Assembly: GCF_000143415.4 (NCBI RefSeq)
Contig: NW_003314319.1
Coordinates: forward strand, 1,082,365 to 1,146,364
DNA: 64,000 nt
Origin: Selaginella moellendorffii
Taxonomy: Eukaryota; Plantae; Lycopodiophyta
Direction of reading: 5' to 3'
Position 1 is the first letter of the stretch. Each line of letters starts with the position of its first letter. A program made the position numbers and the translations under genes. A model generated the notes under the pieces. It saw only the letters and a program-made list of their open reading frames with translations, searched no databases and was not told the DNA's origin. Below, piece by piece: positions 12,400 through 26,687 of the stretch.

Positions 12400-13260
12400 G
12401 CTACTTGTACTTAGCCCCCCAACATTTTATATTAATCTCCACCTCCATCCCCAAGTTCTACCAACATTCTACCTTCACCTCCATATAATAATCCTTTTTC
12501 TACTGAGGGCTTTAGTGAAGTTGAACTAGAGCTCCTTATATATGAAATTCTGAATCTTATTATTAGATAGGGATTGCCTCCAATGCTTCAAAAGCAATGC
12601 TACATGTTTTTGCATGTTCTAGATCCTGACATAGCGGGACTACTTGAAAGCACAAAACACTATTACATTCGGTGTCTAATATACTACTTTTTATTAGACA
12701 AGTGGCTTTATGGGTTTACAAACTTTTCTTGAGCACTGTAGGAATTGCCCAATGGTGGGTCTGGAAAATGTGCATATGTGGATGTACAATAGATTCAAGA
12801 ATGAGTTACAGACATATACCTTCTCACCTTCACTTATAGTTTGCATGATGTAGATAGCCCTTCTCATCATGTTCTCAAATAGTTCTGGTAGTCCTTTCTC
12901 TTTGTTCATCAAGCAGACATTAAGGAAATCCAGAGTTTCTATCTGTCGCTTATACGGAAGCTTCAATTTTTCGATATTATAAATTATATCATCTGGAGTT
13001 TTGTTCACTACAAAAGTAAATATGCATAATTGAGAAAAATGAAGTGTGACAAAAAAACTTACATTCATGAGAAGAAATTTCAGCTATAGTCTCTAGCCAC
13101 TCCTTCGGCCTACGATTGTCTGCAATGTATCTTAATTTCTTCAACTTTGAAGAATTTGCATGCCGAATTTTATGCTCAATTTGTACGAACTCAGTTGAGA
13201 GCTCTTCCCGACTCTTCTCCTGATATACAAGTTCATAAGCATCTTATTTGACCTTCACCA
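12400..13260 (-). pseudogene. Decayed unidentified coding segment (mirror about 42370-43230+; diverged paralog 24474-25260+)
   Basis: The paralogs conserve a protein-like frame (NRRPKEWLETIAEISS / IYNIxKLKLPYK.QIETL.FLNV.LMN.EKGL.ELFENMMR) around an intron-like segment. Confidence 0.4.
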
Positions 13261-13555
13261 AAGGTTAAAAACCAAAACAATTAAAAGAAGCCCTTATAAA
13301 ATGAAAGGGAAAGACATACTTTGCACCATATAGCGAGCATAAAACTAATTGGGTTGTTGAACAAAGTTATACCGTCATTTTGAGTGCGTGAGTGATGAAG
13401 TGTTGCAAGATCATCATCATAATGTTCGCAGATGTCATCCTCACTCAAGTCTGCTAAAAATTGAAGTTGCTCGATGTCATGGATAAAGTTTTACTTTTGA
13501 ACAGCAAACTGCCCAAGCCTGGATTTAAACACAACAAAACAAGTTAAAGTGGAGT

Positions 13556-14725
13556 TATGTTAAACATAAAATCCTTAGGACCCAAAGTGGGTGCCATGTG
13601 GTAGTGGCCGAAATGAAAGCCAAATGAGCGTAACATATTTGGACTAAAAGCTCCAACTTGAAAAGTTGAGAGCAGGAGTGAAACTCCTAAACGAAAGGCT
13701 CGAGGAATGAGCACGAAGCAAGCAGTAAGTGAGTCTCTAGAGAAGGGACACAAAAGGACCAACACATGATATATGGAAGACTCGAGACAGAGTCTAAGAT
13801 GGAGTTCGAGATGGACTTGAGATGGAGTCCAAGATGGAGTCTGAGATGGACTCGAGATGGAGTCTGAGATGGAACCGAGACCGAGACCGAGACCGAGTCC
13901 AAGTCTAAGTCCGAGATTGAGATCGAGTCTGAGTTCGAGTCCGAGTTCAAGTCCCAGTCCAAGTCCAAATACTAATATAGGCTGTTGGGTGAAAGCCCAA
14001 AGCGATTGTCCCCTAGGGGGGGGGGGGCTACAAGGAGAGTATGGGGGTTAAACCCTAGTGGAGCCAGTTTGGCCAGGAAAGGTTAATTTGGCCCAGGAAG
14101 GCTATACCCAAGTATTGGGTGATGAGATAACCATTGGGAAGTTCAAGGCTAAAGTGAATATGAACCAACAAGCGAGGTAGCTTGGTGAAGTGTTCAAAAG
14201 TCGGCTCTAGTTCCCCCGAGAGATCGAATGGTCAATGCTCCCAATCCAAGTATGGGTGGCATTACCTACTTGGATACCTAGCGTGGCTCAATAAAACCTC
14301 GCTCTAAGCCCATGGCTAAAACACCCAAAGGCTGTAAAAAGGATATTGGGAAGGCTATTCCCCATGTTTGTGGGCATCCTAAGGATGCTGAATCTAAGAT
14401 GATCACTCATGGATGGATGCCCCAGTCTTTGAGAGACAGGACTGTGATGTAGGTGGTGTTGGACCACCGGTGTCACCAAGGTGAATGGGTATGGCCTTAG
14501 AGTAACGGGTTGATATGTCAATGATACCTTGGGGTGTCGATCATGGGATCAGACACGCGGAGCATTTGGACCTAGTGCAATGGTTGAGTGGCATGAATGC
14601 CATTCTCGGGGCTAACAAGCCCCACATCCTAAATTGGACTTATAGAGGTTGTGAATGAGACTCCTCCAAGTGGTCAGAGGTGTGGTTAAGTGACTAAAGT
14701 AGAATAAAAAAATTAGTCATTTACA
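13556..14725 (+). mobile_element. LTR of family C (12-bp minisatellite-bearing), internally deleted
   Basis: Homologous to 61883-60251. Preceded by PPT-like aaagtggagt and ends ...TTACA. Contains ATGGAGTCYRAG repeats and a poly-G tract. Confidence 0.75.
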
Positions 14726-16540
14726 AGTTGGAGGTAAAATTATAAAACTTGCGCATTGATCTTTTGGCAGGACAAGATAAGTTTATTGACATCCAAAGGT
14801 CCCCTTGCATAGACATGTCGACTGGAACGTTGATATGGTAGATGGGATCATTGAGAAAATGATCTTTGATACACTTCATCCAAGCCTTATATTAGTGGTT
14901 ACTATCAATAGTTTGGAATATTGTCCTCACAAGTTGTCGAGCTTTAGGATGTCTAATAAGCATGTTATCAAATTTCAAGGACTTCCTCCTCTAAATAAGA
15001 TCCCAGCTATTCACAATCTAACTGTGTGATAGTAATGATCTCCATTGTTCCTGACTTGCAAATCGAGACTAGAAACATACTGATATTTATCGCATGGCCA
15101 TTCTGTTTGAACAAGCTGTATATATTCAAGTTGACATACTTTGATGTAGTGCGGACAAAGTTCGTCTGCTACAAACGACAAAGGGGGATCTCTTTGATCA
15201 AGTCACAAGGGCCTAGCCACTTGAGCGCCTCAAGTATTTGGTGAACTGCTTTTTCCCTTGTTCGTATAACAATCTTTTGGAAGTGCGCCTCCACCATGTT
15301 GTCAGGAAGGTCTACAACTCTTTCAGCTCCAAGTTGTACTTTAGGTTCCCTATTGTGAACACTACTAGATTGCCCAACTTCAGGGATTTGTGCTGGTGGT
15401 GGGCTAGTGAGGAGTAAAGTGGAGGTAGTAGTGGTGATGGTGGGGGTTGGTGGTGGTGGCGGTGGAGGTGGAGGTGGAGGCAATAGTGGTAGTGGTGGTA
15501 GCAATGACGATGATGGAGGTGGTGATGGTGGTGGTGGAAGTGGCAATGGTGATGGTGGAGGTGGTGATGGTGGAGGTGATGGTGGTGGAGGCGGTGGATC
15601 TCTAAGTAAATGTGTTTTCATTAATGTGCCAATGGATATGTCGATCGTGATGTTGTCAGCAGTGTTGAATTGAACTTTTCGTGCCTTCTTGGCTCCAACA
15701 ACCTTTTTGTGTGGTACAATTTTTCTTTTTTGCAAGAGGAAAAATTTTGTTAGTCAAACTAAATAAAGATAATAAGAAATTCAAATAGTCAAAGAGAAAA
15801 AAAAAATCAAGTGGGCCCAAACCCCACCTCAAGCACTTTGGCCACCCGAGGTGGCCGGCCTGGGCTCAACCTCAGGCACTTTGGCTGCCCAAGGGGCTGA
15901 GGTTGTTTGAATAACCTTAGCCCCTTGGGCAACCAAAATGCCCAAAGTGGCCAGCCTGGGTTTGACCTCAGGCACTTTGGCTGCCCAACAGGCCGAGGTT
16001 ATTTGAATAACCTTAGCCCCTTGGGCAGCCAAAGTGCCTGAGGTGGCTGGCCCAGGCTCAACCTCAAGCACTTTGGTTGCCCGAGGGGCTAAGGTAATTC
16101 AAATAACCTCGGCCCCTTGGGTGGCCAAAGTGCTTGAGGTGGCTGGCCCTGAAGAAATAATCAAGAAACAAGCAAAAATAAAGAAATAGAAGTGAAAGCA
16201 ATCAAATCAAAACTCACCCTTGGTGGCATCTTTCCCTCCCGATATCTCGATCATGCTAGATTTCTCACACTTTCTCACTCTCAATCTCAACTCGTGTTCA
16301 TACTGGTGTGCTCCATCTCTTGCACTCTCCCGCACTCAATCTCTCACACTCATGCGCTCCACGCTCAATCTCTCAATCTCTTGTGTGCTCAATCACTCGA
16401 TCTATTGCATGCTTAATCCCTTGATCTCCTTCCCACTCAATCCCTCGATCTCTTGTGCGCTCCACTTATAGTGCAATGGCAGCTAGCTGCCCTAACCCTA
16501 ACCAATCTTTCATCCCAGCTGTTCATTCCAAATAACCTAA
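14726..16540 (-). pseudogene. Decayed multi-exon gene: repeat exon, Pro-rich linker, ParB/Sulfiredoxin-like domain; cut by the family C LTR
   Basis: Mirror of 39010-40906. The DSNH*YKAW motif lies at 14906-14880. Confidence 0.55.
15828..16148. repeat. 96-bp tandem repeat (about 3.3 units) of palindromic units
   Basis: Each unit contains a hairpin of about 66 nt: gcactttggctgcccaaggggctgaggtt...aaccttagccccttgggcagccaaagtgc. Confidence 0.88.
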
Positions 16541-17879
16541 ATCTCAACCATCACAATATCTTCGATCTTATTTTATCTTATCATTATTATTATATGTGAA
16601 TTATGCTTTTTTATTTTGTATATTTTAATGATGATATAACTAGCACCTATCAACATTTCTGTTATTAGAGATATGATTTTTTTTTACAAATTATCTACAA
16701 AGGATGCATTCTCATCAATATTTTGTACATATTTTGGAATTGTTACAAGAACTTTAAAGAGTATAAATAAGGCACATTAAAATATGTTGTACTATATCCA
16801 TCTATGAATGGATGAATCCTCATCCAGAAATTTATTTTGTGTTGTATTAGATCCTAAACAATAGGCACGTGCTTTAAATGTCATTGAGTAGTGTTCACAA
16901 TTATGGATAAAACTTGAGTTGTACTACGAATCAAATCTGTCATTGAAGAATAAGATTTAATAAGATTTATTATCATCTACCACTTAAAATTTGACAACTT
17001 GACATATCACATATACCCACAATCAAATTAGATCTCTTCATTTGACATGCTATAGCAAAATATCATTACTAGTATCATTATTAACTATCAAACTTCATGT
17101 GCTGAAAATCCTTCCTTGGATCTATGTGTATAACATGCATCAAATATCATAATAGATAACAGTAATATTAATATTGTCACACTTGCACATGTTAAATTTA
17201 CTATAGAATTTGAATTCATTTTGTACATTGTTGATATTTTTCTTATTACTTTATTTAAATTTCAATTGTGTTTCACTATAGATTTTTACAAGTAGCATAA
17301 AGAGAGAAAACTCTAAAATCTATTAAAAAGGATGGAGAGGTTTCTTCTTCATTTTCGAGATCACCCACCTCTTTCATTCTCTCAGAATATTATTTCTAAA
17401 AGTTTGTTATGTCAACATTTTAATCTTTGTCTTGGCTCTATTTCTTTAAAGGTTGTGATTCACAACAGCACCAGTATAGTTGCAAACTCAAAGTTTCTTC
17501 TTTCTGGTGTAAGTAAGGGTGGATAACAATAGGATTTACAGAATTCTAAGTTAAAGGAGATTCAAATTTTTGGATCTTCAGTCAAAGTGCCCAAATGTGC
17601 TTTAGCTAAAGTGAATGTGAAGCAAGAGTTAGTCATTATTCTCTCGTCCTCTTTTAGTTCAAGTGGAGAAGTCATGTTAGTGTCAGCGCCGAATTCACTT
17701 GATGTGCACTTGTTTTTGTATAGGCTTGTGAGCGAATTTCTATCCTTCTACAACAATATTTTCTTCGAGCTACCACCTCTTGTCAACAACACAGATTCCA
17801 AATGGAAGGGGATATAAACTAAATAGTATATCCACAATTGGTGCAATATCAAGACCACACATTTTCAACATTTTGAAGG

Positions 17880-18470
17880 CACAATGTTTACTTGCCAAAT
17901 GAAAAGAATCTTTGCATAGGATAAATAAACCTCCTTAAATGGAATGATCTAAAAAGAAACAGTTGAATTAGGCTATAAAATCTCAAATTCACAAATATTA
18001 GGACTAACAACATATATTTGACTAAGACGTACACCATCTATAAGTATATATTTCTTGGCTCACCTTTTAATAGGACAATGTACTCAACAATTTTGAATGC
18101 TAAGAAATTGAGTAAATTTTGTTCAATTGATAAACTTGCCTATACTAGTACCCATTGTGGAATCACCAATGTAAAATTCTATGAGGCTAAAGGTGTTAAT
18201 TCTATTCTCATTGAGCTTAATAAATGGCACTATACACATGTCCCAGAAATACAAGAACTATGAGAAGCCTTGCTGATACTAGTGTTCAATTTTCTGGAGA
18301 TCAACACAGTATTACTTTTTATCTTGATGTGGTCAAAGTGATGCCCATGCTATTTTAGTGCCTCTCCTTGTCAAAGAATCTAAGATGCACTGGTTCTAGC
18401 ATAAAAAATATGGAAGTAGAAATGTCGCATACACTTTGGGATTGCTTGCTAATCCTCTATCCCACCTCTT
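17880..18470 (+). repeat. Dispersed AT-rich decayed coding repeat B (also about 1980-2600-, 19250-19680+, 37075-37660-, 53040-53549+)
   Basis: Paralogous ORFs MYSTILNAKKLSKFCSIDKLAYTSTHCG and MYSIILNVKKLSKFCSIGRLAYTSTHCG. Identity unknown. Confidence 0.6.
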
Positions 18471-18887
18471 ATATCTTTCATGTATCCTGGCAAAAACGAA
18501 GTAGCAAAGTTGCTGCATTGCAAGCTATGCTACACTTTCTTGTGTTTGCTACTAAAGCTAGCAATAAGGAGAAACTTTAAGCAAAAGATGTATAAGTGGA
18601 GAACTTCTGTTCCACAATAGTAGGGGTAATGTTGCCTTCACAAGTGCCAACTTTTTCCACTGTAACTCCTGGAGGGAGGTGAGTATTGTTTTTCCTTCTC
18701 TTGTTCAAGTGCTGGTGTTTCTGCTTTACTTGGAGAGTTGATCTTAGTTTTTATTATTTGTTTAAACAATGTTGCAAGTTTTTAGAAAACTATTTGAATT
18801 AGGATGAGGGAATTGTTATCTAATTATGCTAAAAAATGCATAAAAAGATGTTATTAACTAACTAAACTTTATAAACTATAACCTAAA

Positions 18888-19020
18888 TATGAAGATGGCC
18901 TTCTTTATTTTGTAAAGACAAATTCTGATGATCATTTACATCTGGTGGTGCCTTCCATATTAATTCCACAATTTCTCCATGGTTACCATGATTCTCCTAT
19001 TTTAGGCGGGCATATGGAAC
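18888..19020 (+). mobile_element. Isolated gypsy integrase zinc-binding-domain fragment (mirror about 36522-36654-)
   Basis: Translates YEDGLLYF...LHLVVPSILIPQFLHGYHDSPILGGHM, the typical LVVP...HDSP.GGH motif. Confidence 0.7.
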
Positions 19021-19459
19021 ATTATTGTGTAACCTCCTCGTCTAGAAAATCCACAGATGCTAGAAGAATAGGCTCGTCAAAAACATGAGAAGAGAGTGAA
19101 GAATGAAGAGGAGCTCGAGAAATAGCATCAGCATCAGCCATAGAACCCCCCAAGTGACACGGAGAGAATAATAGGAGACCTTTTATTATAAAAAGGAGCT
19201 CATAGCAATGCTTATATTAATAAAAACAAGCTCATATGAATGTTCATATTAATAAATATTTATATTGTTGTGATAACATTTATGAAATTGTTGGCATATT
19301 TGAATAATTTTTCAATAGTAGAACAAGGAGTTATTACTAATCTTTCTAATGTTATGGCACAATATATATTTCCAGTGTTTAGCAAAATAAAATTTTATGG
19401 AATTTCACTAAAGAGTAAAGAGATCACAAGAAAATTTGTTATCTATGAAAAGCCTTAAT

Positions 19460-22400
19460 TGATACTACTCTTCAATTTCTGGAGATCAACACAGTATTAC
19501 TTTTTATTTTGATGTGGTCAAGGTGATTCACAGTACCTATTTACAAGTTTGATGCTATTTTAATGCCTCTCCTTGTCAAAGAATCTAAGATGCACTGGTT
19601 CTAGCATAAAAAGTATGGAAGTAGAAATGTCGCATACACTTTGGGATTGCTTGTTGATCCTCTCTCCCACCTCTTATTGGTTATGGACAAGATCAGGCTT
19701 TTTTCACATTAAAGCCTTCCTTTCTTAATAATGTTATGAAAGATCAGTAGTCCAGTGGTGCCTTGGTTCGAGCTATGCAAAAGAATATTTGTGATAGTTA
19801 CTCATTTTATGCCCTAGATAACAATTGAAAGTTCGTGGCATTTGGTGCGGTGACAACTGGGACGCTTCCAGATAGAACAGAAAGTGGTAGTTCTGCACCA
19901 TCAAGCTCCTGCTGCTCTCACTAGCAATAATCAAGAGGTACGAGAGATTTAGTTCTCCTGTGGCAGATCAATGCACCATGGAAGTCTGGCTAGTAAATAT
20001 CCTTGATGCGTCTCAAGAATCGGGGTGATTTTTGGGTGCTAAAATCGGGAGGAGTATCAAGCTCGGGCAGGACGGCAGTCTCTCCGAGAAAAAGCGGGCT
20101 TGTTTGATTCCCCCAAACCCACCAGGCACATGGAGAACTTCGTCCACTTGAGCTGCCTGAGGATGGAATTGCCTGTTCGTGACAGGAATGGATGGTGAAT
20201 GTGTGGCGTCGATGCTCCAAGCACAGCCCTGAACCTGGAAAGATCACACCGAAAGCTTACAAAGTCTACTTCTCTGGAAGTTCATACCTCTCAACCTTGG
20301 TCCCTGAAAACGTATCCCGCCGCCAGGGCGCCAAACACAAGGTCAGCGTCGAGAAAGCTACACTGCGAGGAGGAGGAGGAGCGACAGGAGGAGCGCCTGC
20401 GATCGATCATGTCTTGTCAATGGAATCAGACGAGACAAGAGAATCAGCTGCCAGGGCTGGAGCCGCCGCTGCGCCGATAGGCCAGGAAATGGATTATCAC
20501 AGCCGCCGCAGTCTCCAGCTTGCCCACGTCAATCTGCGCAACTCCAGCGTCGCGATGCCAGAGCATCCGCATTGATGATCGACGATGATTCAGTATTTGG
20601 TATTTACAAATATCGGGAAGAGAATCGAACCCGAAACGTTTGTTTTGGAAGACCGATGTCCTAAATGACTGGTCTAAGCTGTTTTTGTGAGCCGGCGAAC
20701 CAGAATAATGGCTCCTTATTTAGCAAAATTTTTGCATAAAAGTCCTTGTTGAGTGGACCCTTCGGCATCGAACCCGGGTCTTCTACAACGGTTTACCTCT
20801 ACACTTACCTGATAGCCATCATCTCGGCAACCGGGTTCCCGTATTAAAAAAATCATACCATGTACTTGAACCATATGACAGGGGTCTTTGCGAAATCCAT
20901 GGCGTTTTTGTTAGATCGCCCACCAGACGAGATTATCCCCCGCATTCGTGCTGCTCGGCGTTTCGTCCTTGGCAAAGCCCCCTCTTGGGTTGTGAATCGA
21001 TCATCGTGGTAATGGATCGTCAAGAGTTATGGCCTGGGTTGCAATAGAAACTCGCAGAGCAATCTCCACAGCCACAGGAGCTTTGCGATCTTCTGCTGGT
21101 GTGAATCTCATCAGTCCCAAAACTCCACGTTTCGGCAATCCAACGAAACCTGTAGCGTGTGGCCATTCAAACGAACATACCTCGGTATCATCCTCGCCTG
21201 CCTCGATGCCTGGAGAGTAACAGTCCCAGGAAGAACCATCATTTGCCCGAAACGAAATCACGATGGATCCCCTTGCATTCCCGCTGCCAGCCAAGTACCA
21301 GCTTGTGTAGAACTGAGCCCGAGCCGGAGACCAATCCACCGGGGCTGTCCAAGTGATGCCGAGATCAAGCTCGCTGTGTGTGCCAGCAAAAGAGAGCCTG
21401 AGGAGGACGCGAACACCCGACTTGGAGCAGGGCTGAGACTGAAAACACGACTGTCCGCGAAGTTGATGCCTGTTTCTTCGCTGAGATCTCCAGCCAAGTG
21501 CTTCGCCAAGCTCTCCTCCAGCTCCAGATAGACACTACTTGTAGTTGCAAGCGGGCTTGGCGGCGAGCTGCGCGATCGGATCGCCCACGCCCCAGCGCTC
21601 GTTGTTCCATCGCCCTTGCCATTTCTTTGATTCGAAACTTCCGGACCTGTTCCAAGCGATTCTTTCATCATCGTTTCGGGATTTGAGGACTTACGAGCTG
21701 GAAGATCGACAAAAGAAAGGGCAAAAGGAGGATAGGGTTCGATTTTACCTCTCAAAAGCCTCGACCACTGAGAAACGTACTTGGAGTAAGAGTTCGCACC
21801 CTTGGAGGCATGGAGGGCAATGAGATCACTCTTCTGAAGGCCATGGGTGTTTGCACTGTGCTGGGAGATTCTCTCCAAGGGCAAGTAAATCTGTGCTTGA
21901 ATTCTTTCTAGTAGTTGAGTTTATATGTATGGAAAGTGTGGGCTCATTGAGATGCATTTGATTGAGCGGGATGAAACACGATGATCACTGTCTATGTGTC
22001 GCATGAGTGTGGTAAGCAAGCAATCCACCTCTATGCATACTTGTGTCTGGAAGGGTTCTTATTAGTTGAGCAATAGTCTTGAAGTGCAATTATGTTTTAG
22101 TGGAGTTTTGAGCCTTGGACGATTGTCATTTAGCACATATACTTGGCATGGAAAGTTGCAATATACATTTCTGATAGAGCAAATGCAGGCCTAAGATAAA
22201 AAAAGATCACCTTCTCATGGCTTTAGATGCTTGTTTTTCTCTTGAAGTTCTTTGAACTGATAATCACATTCATAAGTTGTAGTCGGTTATGGGTTGGATT
22301 TTTCTCTTTAAGTGGAAAATTTATGGAAAATGCAGGGATGCATACAATGTGTTTGCTATAAAATAAAGGTGATCATTTGAATTGTCATGGTTACTGGACA

Positions 22401-23370
22401 TGCTCAATGTGAACATTATTTACAGCAAGGTGAAGGAAAAAAAAGAAATGAATTGCATAGTCTATGCAAAAATTTCATAATGAATTGATTCAAGTCTTTT
22501 AATCACAAAAGAGATCAGAACCTTTTGGTAAAATTAATAGTAGCCTGAAAAGATATTACTAAATAATAAGAAAATTTATTATAACTAGGAATGCCCTTAG
22601 TGAAGTTGGGAATTTTGCTTACCATTCTCATATATTTAAAACCAAAGAGCCCATTAGCAAGTTTACAATGCCCTAACACTAAATGCAATGTGATTTTAGC
22701 CCTCTTAACACACACATTTTTTCTGTTTTTGCAAAGTGATTCTATTTCTTTTTCTATATGGGGTAATTTATCTTTTAGCTATTGGGCAGGAATATTGCAC
22801 ACTTTTGTGGCTTTGACATTTTAATATGTTAGGATGTATTATAAAGATTTATTAAATTTAGCATCAAATAGAACAAATAATAATTCTCATTGTACCACCC
22901 TCTAGAAACTAGGTAGTTGTAAGTAATCAAAGATAAAAAAATTACATTATATATTGAGAATTACATGACAAAGAATTACATCATATGTTGAGAATTACAT
23001 GACAGAGAATTACACTACATGTTAAAATTGACATTTAGTAAATTTAATTTGCTTTTAATTAAGTTCAACATAAATGGTAGGGTGTCAAAAGAGCAAAGCT
23101 CTTGGGAAAGTTATGGCTTTCAACTTCCATTAACGAGCATGAACTTATAAGGAAGTATAGTAAATTATAAATAACTGAAAAGAACAAATTGAGAGACAAT
23201 CTATAATTCAAATATAGAGGGAAATAACAAAAGTATACCTTTTTTCCAATTAGTTTGGGATACTTAGGGGGTTAAAACGTCTTAGGTTTGAGTATTGGGA
23301 TATTTGGGGGTTAAGTCTTTTTACGTTTGAGTAATACTGGGCTGGGTGGCCTCTCAAAAAGTCTAAATTC
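19460..23370 (-). repeat. Cassette A copy 2
   Basis: Inverted relative to copies 1 and 3. Direct repeat of about 53790-58390, and that homology continues to 23610/58627. Confidence 0.92.
21019..21555 (-). pseudogene. PIG-T: PIG-T/GPI16 fragment, cassette A copy 2
   Basis: Near-identical to 111-647. Confidence 0.87.
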
Positions 23371-23610
23371 AAGAAATGGTATATTTCTCACTCATCTATA
23401 TAGCATGATTTTAAATTTAGTTCTCTTAAATATATTGAGCATAACAATTTTAGATCTGATTCTCTTAAATACATTGACCATGACACAATTGAGAAATGAG
23501 ACTATGGTTATTTCCTCCTACTACATTAGCACAAAATTGTTTTTCTTTTTATAAAGCTTTGTGATTTTTCTTCAATTTATCAATACTCTAGATTTTAGAT
23601 GTGATTCTGA

Positions 23611-24189
23611 ACACTTCACCAAACTACCCCACTTGTCGGTTTGTATTCACTCTAGCCTTAGACTTTCTAGGGGTCTAACTCCCACACTCTCCCTACTATA
23701 CTTTTGGAACCCCTTGCAGCCCCCTCCCCCCCCCCCCTCCTCCTGTGGGACAATTGCTTTGGGCTTTCACCCAACAGCTTGTATTAGTATTCGGATTCGA
23801 ACTCGGATTTGAACTTGGACTCAAACTTGGACTCGAACTCGGTCTCGGTCTTAGACTCAGACTTGGACTCGGTCTCAATCTTAGTTCCATCTCAGACTCC
23901 ATCTCAGACTCCATCTTAGGTCTATTTTGGACTCTATCTTGGACTCTGTGTCGGGTCCTTTATATGTCATGTGTTAGTCCTCTTTTGTCCCTTTTCTAGA
24001 GACTCACTTACTGCTTGCTTCGTGCTTGTTCCTTGAGCCCTTCGTTGGGAGTTCTACTCCTGCTCTCAACTTCTCAAGTCGAAGCTTTTAGTCCAAACAT
24101 GTTATGCTTGTTTGGCTTTTATTTCGGCCACTACCATGTGGCAACCTTTCGGCTCCACTTTGGGGCCTAAGGATTTTATGTCTAACACA
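23611..24189 (-). mobile_element. Truncated family C LTR in the central spacer
   Basis: Diverged inverted homolog of 13556-14195. Homology continues through 24915 into the adjacent internal sequence. Confidence 0.7.
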
Positions 24190-25729
24190 ACTCCACTTTA
24201 ACTTGTTTTGTCATGTTTAAATGTAGGCTTGGGCAGTTTGTTGTTCAAAAGTAAACCCTTATCCATGATATCGAGCAACTTCGATTTTTTAGGATGACAT
24301 CCACCAACATTATGATGATGATCTTGCAATATTTGTTTGGCACTCACGCACTCGAAATGACGGTACAACTTGGTTCAACAACCCAATCAGTTTTATGCTC
24401 GTTGTGTGGTGCAAAGTATGTCTTTCCCTTTCATTTTAAAAGGGCTTCTTTTTATTGTTTTAGTTTTTAGCCTTTGGTGAAGATCAAGAAAGATGCTTAC
24501 GAATTTGCATATCCGAACAAGATTTGGGAAGAGTTCCCAGCTAAGTTCATACAAATTGAGCACAAAATTCAGCATGCAAAGTCTTCGAAGTTGAAGAAAC
24601 TAGTATGCATTGCAAACAATCGTAGGCCGAAGGAGTGGTTAGAGACTATAGCTGAAATTTCTTCTTATAAATGTAAGTTTCTTATCACACTTCATTTTTC
24701 TCAATTATGCATATGTTACTTTTGCAGTGAACAAAACTTTAGATGATATGATTTACAATATTGCAAAATTGAAACTTCCATATAAGCAATAGATAGAGAC
24801 TCTAGAATTCCTTAATGTTTACTTGATGAATAGAGAAAAAGGACTACTAGAACTATTTGAGAACATGATGAGAATAATTGTCTACATCATGCAAATTATA
24901 AGTGAAGGTGAGAAGTTCTTGGCACTGCACATTAGTGACAATTTAGATGGCACATTCATGTCTTTTGACACTTACATCAACACATCATTGGAAGGGATCA
25001 AAGAAGGGTGGTTGCCAAAGAAGTTTACAAGCACAACAACTTGTGATTGCTAACATGGTCAGCCTTATTTCATGCGACGTGTAGCTTACAGGTATAATAT
25101 GATTTCTGAAACTTTTTTTAAATATATATTGTTTACAAGTATCATTGATATAGAGGCATGTCATTTGAGGCACCAGTTTGCACTCGACTTGTTGCAAAGG
25201 GTGTAAGGAATGGAAGAATGTATCCAACAATGTTTGCGAGAGTTCCGAAGGCATGGAAGATAGAATGCCCTTGGGAGTTGGAACTCATAAGGAAGGAGAC
25301 TTCTACACTAGATTATGAGGAAGTTTTATTTATAAGCCCTTTCCTTTTATATTTATACCCGATGGATCATCTTTGAAGTTGTTTTCTTTGGTTAATTACA
25401 ATTCATTACACTTCTTTGCAAATCACGCCCTTGTAAATGGAAGTTGAGAGCCATAGGTCTCTTGAGAGCCTAGCTCTTTTGACACCTTACCTCTCGAGTT
25501 GAGCCAAACTAAACCTTCCAATGTCAATCACAATATATGGCATGATTTTTTAACTAATCAATAATGTTAGATCCAAGAACTTTTGAATACTATGAACTCT
25601 TAAATTCAAACTTCCTAAGAGGTTATTTAACCTAATACTATTTAAACCCATAGATGTTTAATCACAAATATCCCAAAACATTTTATAACAAGAGGTCTCC
25701 TATTATTCTCTCTGTGTCAGTTGATACAA

Positions 25730-26687
25730 GGGGGGCTGTAGGGGTAGGGAGAGTGTGGGGGTTGGATCCCAATAGAGTCAGTTTGGCTAGGAAAGGCCAA
25801 TTTGGCCTAGGAATGCCATACCCATCTGTTGGTTGATGGGATGACCACTGGGAAGTCTAAGGCTAGAGTGAATACGGACTGACAAGTGGGGTAGCTTGGT
25901 GAAGTGTTCAAGAGCCGACTCTAGTTCCCCCGGGAGATCGAATGGTCGATGCTCCCAGTCCAAGTGTGGGTGGCACTACCTACTTGGATACCTGGCGTGG
26001 CTCAACGGAACCTTGCTCTAAGCCCATGGCTAGAGCATCCAAAGGCGGAAGGCAAGGAGAGTACCCAGGAGGCTCATGTAGGGCCATGGTGTTCTGAAAT
26101 GTTGTCCCAAAATCCCAGATTGTGGAAAGGAAGAGGAGTAGTCCTCTAGAGTGGCGACCAAGGATACGGTCACACCGTGAGGAAGTCCCAGTGAACAGTG
26201 GGATTTGGTGGTTGGGCCTATGGGCCTTAATCCAGTGGCAATATTGGCAAACATGGCCATAAATAGAAAGGGACTTGGTGGGGACCGGAAAAAAGATATT
26301 GGCGAAAGTTATTCCTCTTGTCTGTGGGCATCCTAAAGATGCTAAGGAGTGGATCTGGGATGATCACTCATAGATGGATGGCTCAGTCTTTGAGAGATGG
26401 GACTGTGATGTGGGTGGTGTTAGACCACCGGTGTACCCAATGTAAATGGGTATGGCCTTAGCGTAACAAGTTGATATGTCGACGGTACTTTGGGGTGTCG
26501 ATCATGGGATCAGACACATGAAGCACTTGGACACAGTGCAATGGTTGAGTAGCTTGGATGCCATTCTTGGAGCTAGCAAGTCCCTAAGTTCAAAATAGGA
26601 CTTATGGAGGTTGTGAGTGAGACTCCTTCAAGTGGTCGGAGGTGTGATTAAGTGACTAAAGTAGAATTGAAAATTTAGTCGCTTACA
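25730..26687 (+). mobile_element. 3' portion of a family C LTR
   Basis: Matches about 61230-60251 on the minus strand and ends ...ttagtcgcTTACA. Confidence 0.72.

Larger units (their letters stand above)
2083..23370. repeat. Left arm of giant inverted duplication (symmetry continues leftward through cassette A to the window edge)
   Basis: Near-identical ORFs recur in reverse order on the opposite strand: 4157..4768+ vs 50864..51475-, 12694..13068- vs 42562..42936+, 21258..21884- vs 33658..34284+, 22515..22715- vs 27730..27930+. The inner boundary is ...aaaaagtctaaattc (23370). Confidence 0.96.

Noticed and set aside
15407-15673. Gly-rich ORF (mirror 39965-40225)
   Set aside because: It is the antisense reading of the Pro-rich exon, and the splice signals favour the other strand.
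15828-16148. Regularly spaced palindromic repeats resembling a CRISPR array
   Set aside because: The intervening sequences are also repeated, so there are no unique spacers. There are no cas genes and the context is eukaryotic.
18018-18263. KYIFLGSP resembling the copia KCIFLGY motif
   Set aside because: No other copia integrase or RT motifs are nearby. Left as an unidentified repeat.
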